57,294 nucleotides of DNA from a virus. Taxonomy: Duplodnaviria; Caudoviricetes. The notes beneath the pieces were generated by a model that did no database searches, was not told the origin of the DNA, and worked only from the letters and a program-made list of their open reading frames with translations. The position numbers and the translations under genes were made by a program. This document shows, one piece after another, positions 30,555 through 39,668 of the stretch (position 1 is the first letter of the stretch; each line of letters begins with the position of its first letter). The DNA is taken from positions 1-57,294 of IMG/VR virus record IMGVR_UViG_3300025108_000056. One strand, written 5' to 3'.

Positions 30555-31654
30555 TCTTCCTCCTCAATAGCACCAGTTTTGTCCCAATATCTACATTTAC
30601 CTAAACACATACCCTTCTTGTAGAGCATAGAGCAGGTCTGAGGATATTCTGTCCCGACAATCGTACTAACTTGGTATCTGGTTGTCCTTTCGTCGAAGTC
30701 TGCCCATTCTAATGTCCTAATGTAATCTATGATAGTTTCTGTGTTTTTCTCGACTTTCTCTTTACTTACTCTTTCAACTGGTATGAAATTTCTCAGCCGT
30801 TTAGCCAGATACTTGACTAACTGTACCCTAGCATCATGGCTAGGGTTACTCCCTTGTCGACATGCTGCTGAGTTTAAGCATGGTAGTATTATGACACCAT
30901 CCATTGATACTGTTGGTAAATCAATTGGCTTCGATTTGGGGTTGAAAACATTGGCTCTTTTGTGCGATTCTTTGATAACTAAATCAAGCCCTTTTTCGCC
31001 ATAACTAATCACTCCGTTTTTAGGATTAAGTGCCTTGACCATAATGTGGTCTAGTCCTCTTTCTAAATCGTTAGTGGTTAATGGTATCGACCACGAACCT
31101 CTTTTGGAATTGTACGAGTTAGGTATCCTAATCATCCCGCTGGTATCGAAAGGAACAGCAGGGTCAGAGCAAAATAAGTTCATATCTTTTATCCAGTCAT
31201 TGACAACCTGCATACCTGCATCTTTGATAGCAGACAAGTGGTTACCGTTACTCGGCATGTAAGGCTTATCTAACCCCACCCATACATGAAATCCTCCCCC
31301 GCTATACCATACAGCGTGAGATATATTTTCTTTGAGTAAATAATAATGCAAAGTCTTAGTCTGTTCCATTGCTTTCTCTGGGTCAACATCAGGTCTACTC
31401 CTTTGTCGAAAGTCTTTAGGGTCGAAGTCCATAACGAAGTGCCTTACTATAGGGGTGAGTAAATCTACCCTGTTGTTATGAGGTTGCTTCGTGGCACGAT
31501 AACCGTAAACCGTCATATAAGCATTAGACACGCCGTTTTTTCCAGCCCAATATCTCTCTAGGTCGCCGCTACTTCTGACGATTTTGCGGAAGCCCCTACC
31601 ATTCTCATTTCCAAGTTCCATTACCTCTCTTGGAAAATCAAATGTTATTTTCAA
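30551..31654 (-). CDS. Archaeo-eukaryotic primase, catalytic domain fused to PriL-like Fe-S domain
   Basis: VMDFD, SGGGFHVW and DTSGMIRIPNSYN catalytic motifs; C-terminal LPCL...H..R...TCSML...MCLGKC. Confidence 0.88.
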   Translation of the reverse strand: MKITFDFPREVMELGNENGRGFRKIVRSSGDLERYWAGKNGVSNAYMTVYGYRATKQPHNNRVDLLTPIVRHFVMDFDPKDFRQRSRPDVDPEKAMEQTKTLHYYLLKENISHAVWYSGGGFHVWVGLDKPYMPSNGNHLSAIKDAGMQVVNDWIKDMNLFCSDPAVPFDTSGMIRIPNSYNSKRGSWSIPLTTNDLERGLDHIMVKALNPKNGVISYGEKGLDLVIKESHKRANVFNPKSKPIDLPTVSMDGVIILPCLNSAACRQGSNPSHDARVQLVKYLAKRLRNFIPVERVSKEKVEKNTETIIDYIRTLEWADFDERTTRYQVSTIVGTEYPQTCSMLYKKGMCLGKCRYWDKTGAIEEEE

Positions 31655-31658
31655 GGCT

Positions 31659-31916
31659 TCACTTCCTGCTTTCTATGATTTTGTCTATGGTGCTAATTAG
31701 TTCGCCTGTATCTTGTAAAAGATAGTTGTTCAGAGTGATGTACATAGGTCCCTTCGGCCCTTGTACATTCTCGTCAAACTCGTATAGCGATGTTTGAATA
31801 GCGATACTATAGTCGTTACCTTTACCTAAATGAGAAAAGTTAACTTCTACATTTCTGTCTACAACCATAGTCATCATTTTTTCTATCAAACGGCTTACCA
31901 TCCTTTTATCCATCAT
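31659..31916 (-). CDS. Hypothetical protein
   Basis: Coupled ORF within the replication operon. Confidence 0.55.
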   Translation of the reverse strand: MMDKRMVSRLIEKMMTMVVDRNVEVNFSHLGKGNDYSIAIQTSLYEFDENVQGPKGPMYITLNNYLLQDTGELISTIDKIIESRK

Positions 31917-32908
31917 TCTTCCTCCTGATAATTATCCAAATATTCTTGTGGATTGTCACTTCCTTCCCATGCCGGGCAGATTTCTTTAAAACTACACCAA
32001 GCACATTTACCCGCACTAGAACTAGTAGGGAAATCACCAGTCAGATAAGCCGTAATCAAACCTACTTTTAGTTTGTCAATTTGCTTAGTATATGTAGTAT
32101 CCATACTCTCGGTAATCCTTTCATAAAATATTTTGTTGATGCTTCTTTGCTCATAGCCGTATCTGTTGAGGGAATCTAGCCCTTCTACTGTACCCGATGG
32201 GTAAACCCAACCCCAGTGCGTCACATCTTGTAAAGGATGGTCTGCCAACTTTAGCAACTTCTTGTAAAAGGCCATTTCTCTTCTCATAGACTTTACTTTG
32301 AAATCTGAGTCTTTCCACTCATCGTTTCTTTTAGTTTGAACCCACTTGCCTGTTTTCAATTCCATGATGGCTACGCCGCCTTCTTCTTCGCTGAAACCAC
32401 GGTCAATGCTGCCCGCATAGTGAATCGGTATAGTGTGTACTTCGCCATTGAATTCAATCTCTTCTTCGATATAAGCGTGTATCTCAGATTCATTGATAAT
32501 AGGTAAATAGTCATCTACTCCTACATGCTTCAATCTCTGTAAGTCCCAGTGTATTCTGGTATCAATCGACGGTTGTTCACCCAATTGATATTCTTTGTCA
32601 GGTAAAATGGATTTAGCCAGTTCAAGTGCTTCTTTCATCTTGTCTCTTTGTACAAGAGTATGTAATTCACCTACTATTGGCATGACATTGTCATAATAAA
32701 ACTCTATAGCGTCGTGTACATTTGTACCCTTTGTCATAGCGTCTGTCGATGGCTCTGGTAAACGATGAATACGCTTGTATTCATACTGTTTAGGGCAGAA
32801 ATCGAAGTCACTGGTGAGACTAGTCTTCGTGATACGAAGCATCTTTTCATGGCCCGGCTCCCACTGATAGGTAGATTTAGCGTAGGCACTCCAGTCTCTA
32901 TCGCTCAT
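31913..32908 (-). CDS. Cas4/RecB-like PD-(D/E)xK exonuclease with Fe-S cysteines
   Basis: FCPKQY, GTNVH, GSIDR, ELKTGK, CAWCSFKEICP; start MSDRDW at 32908 overlaps the upstream stop (ATGA). Confidence 0.85.
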   Translation of the reverse strand: MSDRDWSAYAKSTYQWEPGHEKMLRITKTSLTSDFDFCPKQYEYKRIHRLPEPSTDAMTKGTNVHDAIEFYYDNVMPIVGELHTLVQRDKMKEALELAKSILPDKEYQLGEQPSIDTRIHWDLQRLKHVGVDDYLPIINESEIHAYIEEEIEFNGEVHTIPIHYAGSIDRGFSEEEGGVAIMELKTGKWVQTKRNDEWKDSDFKVKSMRREMAFYKKLLKLADHPLQDVTHWGWVYPSGTVEGLDSLNRYGYEQRSINKIFYERITESMDTTYTKQIDKLKVGLITAYLTGDFPTSSSAGKCAWCSFKEICPAWEGSDNPQEYLDNYQEEE

Positions 32909-33090
32909 TCCGTTTCCTCCTCGATTAATTTCTGTAGGTAGACAGCCAAATCCATCGCTTCCTCTTGGGCGTGGATAAGCCATTCTAGCCTAGACAAAGG
33001 TGCAGTTTCCATAGTAACTCCATACTTACTTTTACCTACTTCTGCTCTTTGCTGTATCTTTTTACATACTTCGTCTTCTATTCTACTCAT
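32905..33090 (-). CDS. Small all-alpha phage protein, possibly MazG/NTP-pyrophosphatase-like
   Basis: RAEVGKSKYG...WLIHAQEEAMDLAVY with an EExxD motif. Confidence 0.5.
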   Translation of the reverse strand: MSRIEDEVCKKIQQRAEVGKSKYGVTMETAPLSRLEWLIHAQEEAMDLAVYLQKLIEEETE

Positions 33091-33094
33091 TTTA

Positions 33095-35446
33095 TCACCA
33101 ATATTGTTTAGGCATCGCTGCCCCACTTGCTCTTTCTAAGTCCCAATCAAGGGCTTTGAATATAGGCTTTATCTTATCTTTGACTATTTTATCAACCATG
33201 AGGTCGTAATCTATAACAAAGCCATCTAGTTCACTTATGTCTTCGTAGGCTACTACAGGGGTATAAGGTAATCCGTCTTTGGACTTGGATACATAAACCC
33301 AGTTTACACTGTCTCCGTGACCAAAATGATTTCTTTGAGCAATGTGTTCATTGTAGTAACGAGCCGCCTTGACAGCACCACCGGCAGTATCCTTATACTC
33401 TGGCAACCTCTTTTGTAATCGAGTTGTAGTGGATATGTCTTTGATGCTGACATCACCCTTCATTATTTTCTTAGCGATAGGTCTGACCATACCGATTACG
33501 GTTTCTTCGTTAGCCCCTGTACAGATGGCAGTGAGTATGTCGTTTTCTAAATCCTTAGAAACTGGTGCAAGCGTACTTATTTTACCCCACCTTGCTGATT
33601 TCTTCTTACCTTTATCTTCTGGAGGATAAGAGCATATTCCGTAATATAGATTCTTACCACCTACAATCCAGTAAGGCATATAGGCTTCAAACTCTACAAT
33701 CAAATGACTCGCTTCATGGTCACGCTGTATAGTTTCAGTGAGATGCTTAGCCAAAGCCTTGGCTTCATCAAACGGTACTTCTACAAACGCTGAATCGGTA
33801 TGGCCGTACAATGCTTTGTAACCGGCCTTTTCTGATTCTTCCATCAAAGCCTTGATTGCCCTTCGACCACAGGCTGTGATTGCGCTGGCTATGTCAAAGT
33901 CTGACCAGCCCCAATAAGCACTAGCAGTCATGCCGTAGAAAGAAGCCATTACACGCTTTACTGCTAGTTGTAATGTGTTCCATCCGTTTCGCTCATTTTC
34001 GGTGGCGGATTCTCGCATTTTCTTTTTGTATTCATCACGGAGTTCAAACATCTCCGTTACAATTTTAGGAAGCAAAGCAGGTATATCCTGCCTCCAACAT
34101 GTACCATCTGGTAATTGTCTTACATGGTTTTCTTCTGCCATGTGCTTTGGAACTTGGGTCTCCCAAGATAGATTATGGCTCAGTATAATACTAGGATACA
34201 GACCCTTGTAATCTACACAAGCCACACCCTCATATCTACCGGGCTTGGGAGGTGGAATGAAAGCACCTTCGTACTCTTGCTTCTCTTGCATAGAGCGACT
34301 CGGTGCCTTCCAGTGTGTTCGTCTGTTCAACAGACCTTTGGCGAACCGTGTGACATTATGACACGATTCAAAAGAAACGCCACATAATCTTTGTAGCGAT
34401 AAAAAGAAATTTAGTACATGGTTACCTTCGTCTATCTTTTTGAGCAATAAGGTATCTTGCATACAGTAATCTACATAGTCGTCAAACCTTTCAGTCCAGC
34501 CGGTCATGACATCCATGTCAAATTTACCGCCTAGATTACAAGCCTTTGCTATAGTGTCTAGTTTCAGATTTTTAAGTTGCGGCTGACCACTGTCTTTCCA
34601 GACACGCTCAAAGCCGCTACCACTTCTTACTGGTGCAGCAGTATCAAAGCATAACCTACCTACAATAGGCTGGGCTACATAGTCATAAGCACCGCTTTTC
34701 ATAGGCTTCATGACTCTACCCAAAGGACTCAGTTTTCTGAAACGCTTTAGTCTGTCAATCAAGTGAGGTAGGTCAGCCCACATGATAGCGTGGGCGACGA
34801 ATACATCTGGATTGCATTCATCTAAGTAGTAAAGAAAGGCATCATGCATTTCTTGTTCTGAACCGTAGAGGTATCTCTCGTAGGTAAATTCTTGAACTTC
34901 GCCGTTAACTTCGTACTCTACGATTTTATTCTCTAATTGATAATCGTTATCATGTAAGCCGTTAGGATTGTACTTCTTCCAACAAAAAGCCACATGACGA
35001 TTGTTGTAGTTGTCTATAACCGCCATCACTGTGGTTTCTTTGGTCTTGACATCCCACTCTAAATCAAAGTGCCATACTCTTGGTTTCCATTCGGGCATTT
35101 CTTTGACATTGTCTATCAGATATCTGTCTTGTAGACTGTGGTCTGCTTCCCATGTCTTTCTGAACATGGCGGCCATACTCTTGACATCTGATTGCCTGTA
35201 TGCATATACCTTGACTAAGGGTTCATCGTCTCTAAGACCAACCGCTTTGTCTTCCCAGTCTATACGAGAGCCGGGGAACTGGTCGATGACCGAGTTAGCG
35301 ATTTGCTTAGAAGTATTGGCTGAAATCCAAAAGTAAGGCTCGAAGTCGGTAACAGTTTCTTCAATCAAATTACCCTCAGCGTCACGCCATCTCTTGTAGA
35401 TATGGTCGGGACCTGTGGGGTCTGGCTTGAAGATGTCAATTATCAT
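33095..35446 (-). CDS. polB: Family B DNA polymerase
   Basis: Exo motifs FDLEW and YCMQD; polymerase motifs DYKGLYPS, KRVMASFYG, YGHTDS and KNLYYG; likely start MIIDIF at 35446. Confidence 0.95.
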   Translation of the reverse strand: MIIDIFKPDPTGPDHIYKRWRDAEGNLIEETVTDFEPYFWISANTSKQIANSVIDQFPGSRIDWEDKAVGLRDDEPLVKVYAYRQSDVKSMAAMFRKTWEADHSLQDRYLIDNVKEMPEWKPRVWHFDLEWDVKTKETTVMAVIDNYNNRHVAFCWKKYNPNGLHDNDYQLENKIVEYEVNGEVQEFTYERYLYGSEQEMHDAFLYYLDECNPDVFVAHAIMWADLPHLIDRLKRFRKLSPLGRVMKPMKSGAYDYVAQPIVGRLCFDTAAPVRSGSGFERVWKDSGQPQLKNLKLDTIAKACNLGGKFDMDVMTGWTERFDDYVDYCMQDTLLLKKIDEGNHVLNFFLSLQRLCGVSFESCHNVTRFAKGLLNRRTHWKAPSRSMQEKQEYEGAFIPPPKPGRYEGVACVDYKGLYPSIILSHNLSWETQVPKHMAEENHVRQLPDGTCWRQDIPALLPKIVTEMFELRDEYKKKMRESATENERNGWNTLQLAVKRVMASFYGMTASAYWGWSDFDIASAITACGRRAIKALMEESEKAGYKALYGHTDSAFVEVPFDEAKALAKHLTETIQRDHEASHLIVEFEAYMPYWIVGGKNLYYGICSYPPEDKGKKKSARWGKISTLAPVSKDLENDILTAICTGANEETVIGMVRPIAKKIMKGDVSIKDISTTTRLQKRLPEYKDTAGGAVKAARYYNEHIAQRNHFGHGDSVNWVYVSKSKDGLPYTPVVAYEDISELDGFVIDYDLMVDKIVKDKIKPIFKALDWDLERASGAAMPKQYW

Positions 35447-35448
35447 AT

Positions 35449-35637
35449 CTATTCCTCTTCGTGTATCTGTACATAAGTTACATCGGCACCGCAAGATGAA
35501 CAGTGTAGTGTAGCCACTATACCGTCACCCTCGTAGCCGTAGTCTTCTGGGTCAAAGTCTGCGCCCCAAATGAGTCTGCCGCCGCATAGCCAACAGACAT
35601 CTCGCCTTTGGTTGTTGACATGTATGTAGTTAGTCAT
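35449..35637 (-). CDS. Zn-ribbon microprotein
   Basis: CWLCGG...CSSCGA motifs. Confidence 0.65.
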   Translation of the reverse strand: MTNYIHVNNQRRDVCWLCGGRLIWGADFDPEDYGYEGDGIVATLHCSSCGADVTYVQIHEEE

Positions 35638-35639
35638 AT

Positions 35640-36410
35640 TCAGTCCTCCTCGTATTCTTGGTCGATGACTATCATGATGAAATCTGTGCTGGGTTGCACT
35701 ACAATTAGTACGCTTTCGTTGGCAGTGTGAATCTCTACATCACCGTTAGGTATGTTAGATAACAAGTCGGGTAGCCACTTATCAAAAGCCGACCTTGCTG
35801 ATGTAGCAGGTGCTTCGAGTTGCGTTAAGGTCGCTCTAACGAACATCTTACCCGTTGCTGATTTACCACCTCTTACGATAAACTCTGAGCCGTCTGAATC
35901 GAACTCGGTTTTACAAGAATACTTGTCACCTAAGACTTTCTTGAAGCCAGTTGCCGGTTTCAATTCAAGTGAGTTGAGCGTAGCATGATGCGTCAACGGA
36001 CTGTTAAACCACATACGCCACATACTCTGCTTGGATTGCTCGATAGCCTTCTGCATAATGCCAACTCTCTTCTGCGACTCTATATGTGAAGAGGTCGGTA
36101 ATTGTAAACTACTTTTACCGCACCTTACATGAAGCGTACCTGTCTTGCCTTCTTGGTTGATTTCTAAGTCCTTTGACTTTACATTACTAAGAAAAGATTT
36201 CAACTTAGGGATATCAGTGATGTATACTTTACCACCCTTTTCCACTCCGCAGTCTATCTTTCTATAGATATAATGTGTAGATTTTCCCACCGCCGCAGAG
36301 ATACTTCCGACATTAGCGTCAATAGCAATGTCTGCCAAATCTTTACCGAAACTCCCGATAAAGTGGTTGAAGTTATCTTTGTCGATTGTGAAACTAACCA
36401 AGTCAATCAC
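35640..36410 (-). CDS. Putative PCNA-like sliding clamp
   Basis: 256 aa; alternating beta/alpha pattern in two halves, as in PCNA; located between PolB and the clamp loader; acidic C-terminus. Confidence 0.6.
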   Translation of the reverse strand: MIDLVSFTIDKDNFNHFIGSFGKDLADIAIDANVGSISAAVGKSTHYIYRKIDCGVEKGGKVYITDIPKLKSFLSNVKSKDLEINQEGKTGTLHVRCGKSSLQLPTSSHIESQKRVGIMQKAIEQSKQSMWRMWFNSPLTHHATLNSLELKPATGFKKVLGDKYSCKTEFDSDGSEFIVRGGKSATGKMFVRATLTQLEAPATSARSAFDKWLPDLLSNIPNGDVEIHTANESVLIVVQPSTDFIMIVIDQEYEED

Positions 36411-36411
36411 C

Positions 36412-37446
36412 TCAGATTACACCGTCTCGTAGTTCAGGTAAACCGTACCACTGTGCGTCTTCACCCTTCTTAGTTACGAAGTAAAGTCGTTCTTGGTTCA
36501 ACAAGTTTGGGTTAGTCTTCTGCTTGAAGAACTCAGCAGTGTATCTAACTTCGCCAGTCAAAGAGCCATCATTGTTTCTCATATACTTGTTTTTACACCA
36601 TAGTATCTGGAACAGGTCTTTGTTACCACTGGCATGCCAAGCAAACTTCCATCCGTCAAATCCTACTTTGCCATCTTTGTCTTCTTTAAGATGAGTCTCC
36701 CAATAGACATCAACACCTAGTCTGTTCAGTTTTTGACACTGAGCAGTTAGTTGCTTGAATCTTGTAGCACGAATATTCCAGTTCCAACCAATCTCGGCAT
36801 TGAGTTTGGAGTGACTGGCTTCGACAGCGTTAGTAGCAGTCATGTCCAAGTCGTAAATCTTCATACAGGTAATACACATCTCATCAAACTGGTCAACGCC
36901 AGTGACGATGAATGATTTGAGCATCGGTCCTTCAAAGTCCGGCTTGTACTGATTCTCTGCGTATTCTACAGCAAACTTAGCAAGTTCCATGACTCGGTTG
37001 TAACTGAGTAAGTAGTTGTAGGCAGTCTTGTCTTCCTGTTGCATAACCCAAGGCGAGAATATACGGAAGGCAGGGTCGTTGTTGTAGTGAGCCTGCTTAC
37101 AAGATAGGCCACCGTTATCGTGGTCAATTACAATACAAAGAGAGTCGCCATGCTTATGCTTATGAGCATCCATAGCCAGACCAGTCTTACCAGTACCTTC
37201 GTGACCAACTACGCCCATGAAAGTAGCACTAGGTTGTATAGCAGGCGCTTTCGCTTGCTCTTTCATTTCCTGTGCAATAGCAGGGAACCTACTGATAAAT
37301 TCAGTAGAGGTCTCAGGAGTTAACTTCTCCTTGATATTCTGCTCTATGTTTTCTTGAACCACAGGCTCAGCGGCTGCTGGTGCAACCGGCTGAGTTGTAG
37401 TTACTGGCTGTGCTTCGTCTCCTAGTAATGCATCCCATCCACTCAT
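36412..37446 (-). CDS. P-loop ATPase, Sak4/RadA-like recombinase
   Basis: GHEGTGKT Walker A, IDHDNG, VTGVDQF; adjacent to an SSB-like gene. Confidence 0.7.
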   Translation of the reverse strand: MSGWDALLGDEAQPVTTTQPVAPAAAEPVVQENIEQNIKEKLTPETSTEFISRFPAIAQEMKEQAKAPAIQPSATFMGVVGHEGTGKTGLAMDAHKHKHGDSLCIVIDHDNGGLSCKQAHYNNDPAFRIFSPWVMQQEDKTAYNYLLSYNRVMELAKFAVEYAENQYKPDFEGPMLKSFIVTGVDQFDEMCITCMKIYDLDMTATNAVEASHSKLNAEIGWNWNIRATRFKQLTAQCQKLNRLGVDVYWETHLKEDKDGKVGFDGWKFAWHASGNKDLFQILWCKNKYMRNNDGSLTGEVRYTAEFFKQKTNPNLLNQERLYFVTKKGEDAQWYGLPELRDGVI

Positions 37447-38699
37447 TGTTCATCTCCTCCAAATTGATTTAGGCTTGTGTTCCCACTTCCACCCGCAGGG
37501 CGAGCAGTTCTGTGTGGAATGTAAATACCAAGCGCTGATAGGCTTGGTTGCATTTCATTGTTGAATGGTCGTAGTCTCAATCTACCGACTACGATAACAT
37601 TGGTCTTTTCATTGTAGTGACCCCATTCACCCTTTGCGTTTTTGTATTCAAACACTCTGTCTTCATCGTGCATTCTACCAGATACCCAGACTGTCACCGG
37701 GTCTACATTCTGGCGATAGATGCTGAGACGATACGAGCGACCAGTCGGGTCATACTCGCTTTCCATCGGCTCTCTGTTCAGATAAGTAATTGAACCATAT
37801 GTGATTACGACAGGGTTGATTGTCATACCATTGGCCGTAGTGATTTTCTTTGCTGCGTGAGCATCAAGTAAGTTACCTAACTCTACATACTCACCATGCA
37901 TGTCACCGTTGATTAGAAGTCTCTCTGCGCTAAAGGCTACTCTAAGATGCTCAGGTAGCCAAGAGTCAGTGTATTCAACTGTTTCGTGGAAGTTGCGATT
38001 GGTATACAAAATGTCTTGGTCTTTGTTCTTGGGCTCTACTACCTTTATTCGACTCGCTACCCACTTCTCGTAACCAGCGTTCATAGACTTTCCTTGAAGG
38101 CTGATTGACCATTTCTTTATGTCACCACCACTTTCCGGTGAGCCCAAGAAGTAAGCAGTTCTACTGATACTAGTGGGTGCAATGGGTTTTCTTTCGTTGT
38201 TTCTTTCAGCCATTAGGCACAGAATCATGTCGTCAAACTCAAAGCCGTACCAAGGTAGGTCACTACCTTGAACCCTGTCGTTTGTCTCTTTACCATTGAG
38301 GTGCCACTTACCAGATTTAGCAGTTAGAATACCAATGTGACCTTCGTCAATTGCTCTATCTCTGTTAGTTTTGAACATGTTAATTGCTCTGTCATACATA
38401 CCCTTTCGGTTGTCTCTTTCAGTGTCTTCAATTCCAATAAACATACCGACATAAGTGACAGTGTCTTGCTGACGACCTGCACTTTCGTTTCTATTCTCTA
38501 TCACGAATTGTTCACTCCACTGACTTAGATAAAATGGGTCTTCATCGAATGGGTTTTCTACTGCAAACTCATCTTTCAACCACTTGTTGAATTTGTTGGC
38601 GGCTTCCCCCAACTTGATGCCGGTTCGCTCAGCATACCCATTCAGTCTTTCAATCACATCTTCTGGCCATTTGGTTCCATTATTTTCTTCCATAATCAT
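37443..38699 (-). CDS. Putative OB-fold ssDNA-binding (RPA/SSB-like) protein
   Basis: Context between RFC and the recombinase; OB-like C-terminal part (TNVIVVGRLRL...LSALGIY); tail NTSLNQF is PIP-like. Confidence 0.5.
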   Translation of the reverse strand: MIMEENNGTKWPEDVIERLNGYAERTGIKLGEAANKFNKWLKDEFAVENPFDEDPFYLSQWSEQFVIENRNESAGRQQDTVTYVGMFIGIEDTERDNRKGMYDRAINMFKTNRDRAIDEGHIGILTAKSGKWHLNGKETNDRVQGSDLPWYGFEFDDMILCLMAERNNERKPIAPTSISRTAYFLGSPESGGDIKKWSISLQGKSMNAGYEKWVASRIKVVEPKNKDQDILYTNRNFHETVEYTDSWLPEHLRVAFSAERLLINGDMHGEYVELGNLLDAHAAKKITTANGMTINPVVITYGSITYLNREPMESEYDPTGRSYRLSIYRQNVDPVTVWVSGRMHDEDRVFEYKNAKGEWGHYNEKTNVIVVGRLRLRPFNNEMQPSLSALGIYIPHRTARPAGGSGNTSLNQFGGDEQ

Positions 38700-39631
38700 T
38701 CCTCCATATTTTTCTTTAGTTTTGCTACAAAGTATTCCACAAACGACAAGTCATCATCAGGCCATTGCTGAGCCATCATAACAAACTCTCCGTAGGTGAA
38801 CATGAAATTGTACCAATCGTCTTCGCTTTCCATAAGCGACTTGGCACGAAAGCGCAAACCTTTCAGTATGTAGAATCGACCTTGTCCCGATTCTATGGCT
38901 TGCTTAAGATAAGCGGTTAACTTGGTATAATCCGAACTCATCAGATTAAGTGCTGCTTTATTTAGAAACTCTCCATCCTTTCGTATCCTATCTGAAAGAG
39001 CAGATTCTTCTTTAGGTAGGCTATCAAGTATGTCTATCGACTGTCTTAGACTACCGTTAGCGAATTTGATTAAATTAGGTAAATGCACTTTCCATTGTTT
39101 AGGCATACCTTCCTTTTCTATTATCATCTCTAACCTATCAGTGTTGTAAGGGTCGATAGGGCTGAATACAAATGTGAGACATCGGTCTCTAATCGCATTG
39201 TGGATAGGACCAATGTCGTTGGCTGTCAGAATGAAGATGGTGTTCTTGTGACTTTCTTCCATTACTTGACGAAGTGCTTTTTGAGCAGGCGCAGTGAAAC
39301 TTTCAAACTCATCTAGGAACTCAATGCGTCTACTGGCACCAAGTGCTTTGCTCTTACTAATCTGCTTTAGTTCCCTTACAGCGTCAATGCCTCTTTCATC
39401 ACTTGCATTAGTAACTCTAAAGTTGACCGAGTTAAAGAACTCTCCAAGTAAATCCTTGGCCAGAGCAATAGCAGCACTGGTCTTGCCGACACCGGGAGGG
39501 CCAACAAGTAGAATGTTAGCAGGGCATGATTCTAGTGTCCATGTCTCAGCAGAAGTAATAAACTCAGAGCATCCTGCTAGGTCTGCTAAGGTCTGCGGTC
39601 TGTACTTCTCTCGTAGGTTCATTCTAATCAT
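38696..39631 (-). CDS. rfcS: Replication factor C small subunit-like clamp loader
   Basis: EKYRP, GPPGVGKTS, NASDERGID, LDEFE, AQKALRQVME, FILTAN and IRDRC motifs. Confidence 0.95.
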   Translation of the reverse strand: MIRMNLREKYRPQTLADLAGCSEFITSAETWTLESCPANILLVGPPGVGKTSAAIALAKDLLGEFFNSVNFRVTNASDERGIDAVRELKQISKSKALGASRRIEFLDEFESFTAPAQKALRQVMEESHKNTIFILTANDIGPIHNAIRDRCLTFVFSPIDPYNTDRLEMIIEKEGMPKQWKVHLPNLIKFANGSLRQSIDILDSLPKEESALSDRIRKDGEFLNKAALNLMSSDYTKLTAYLKQAIESGQGRFYILKGLRFRAKSLMESEDDWYNFMFTYGEFVMMAQQWPDDDLSFVEYFVAKLKKNMEE

Positions 39632-39638
39632 CTCCCAT

Positions 39639-39665
39639 CCTTTGTTAGTTCTTTATATAGTCAAT
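39639..39665 (-). promoter_or_regulatory. Conserved viral TATA promoter element, copy 1 (heads the replication operon)
   Basis: ATTGACTATATAAAGAACTAACAAAGG on the minus strand, upstream of rfcS. Confidence 0.8.
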
Positions 39666-39668
39666 ATT

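Noticed and set aside
31913-32908. Cas4 as part of a CRISPR-Cas system
   Set aside because: No cas1/cas2 or array; solo Cas4-like nucleases are common in viral replication modules.
33095-35446. Genome-wide modified-base (for example Z-DNA) system suggested by the odd PolB and the MazG-like neighbour
   Set aside because: No purZ, queuosine-pathway or other base-modification genes in the window, and strong restriction-site avoidance argues for unmodified DNA; cannot be excluded for the rest of the genome.
39639-39665. TTGACT in the repeated element as a bacterial -35 box
   Set aside because: It abuts TATATAAA with no 17-bp spacer and varies among copies; the archaeal BRE/TATA reading fits the distance to start codons.
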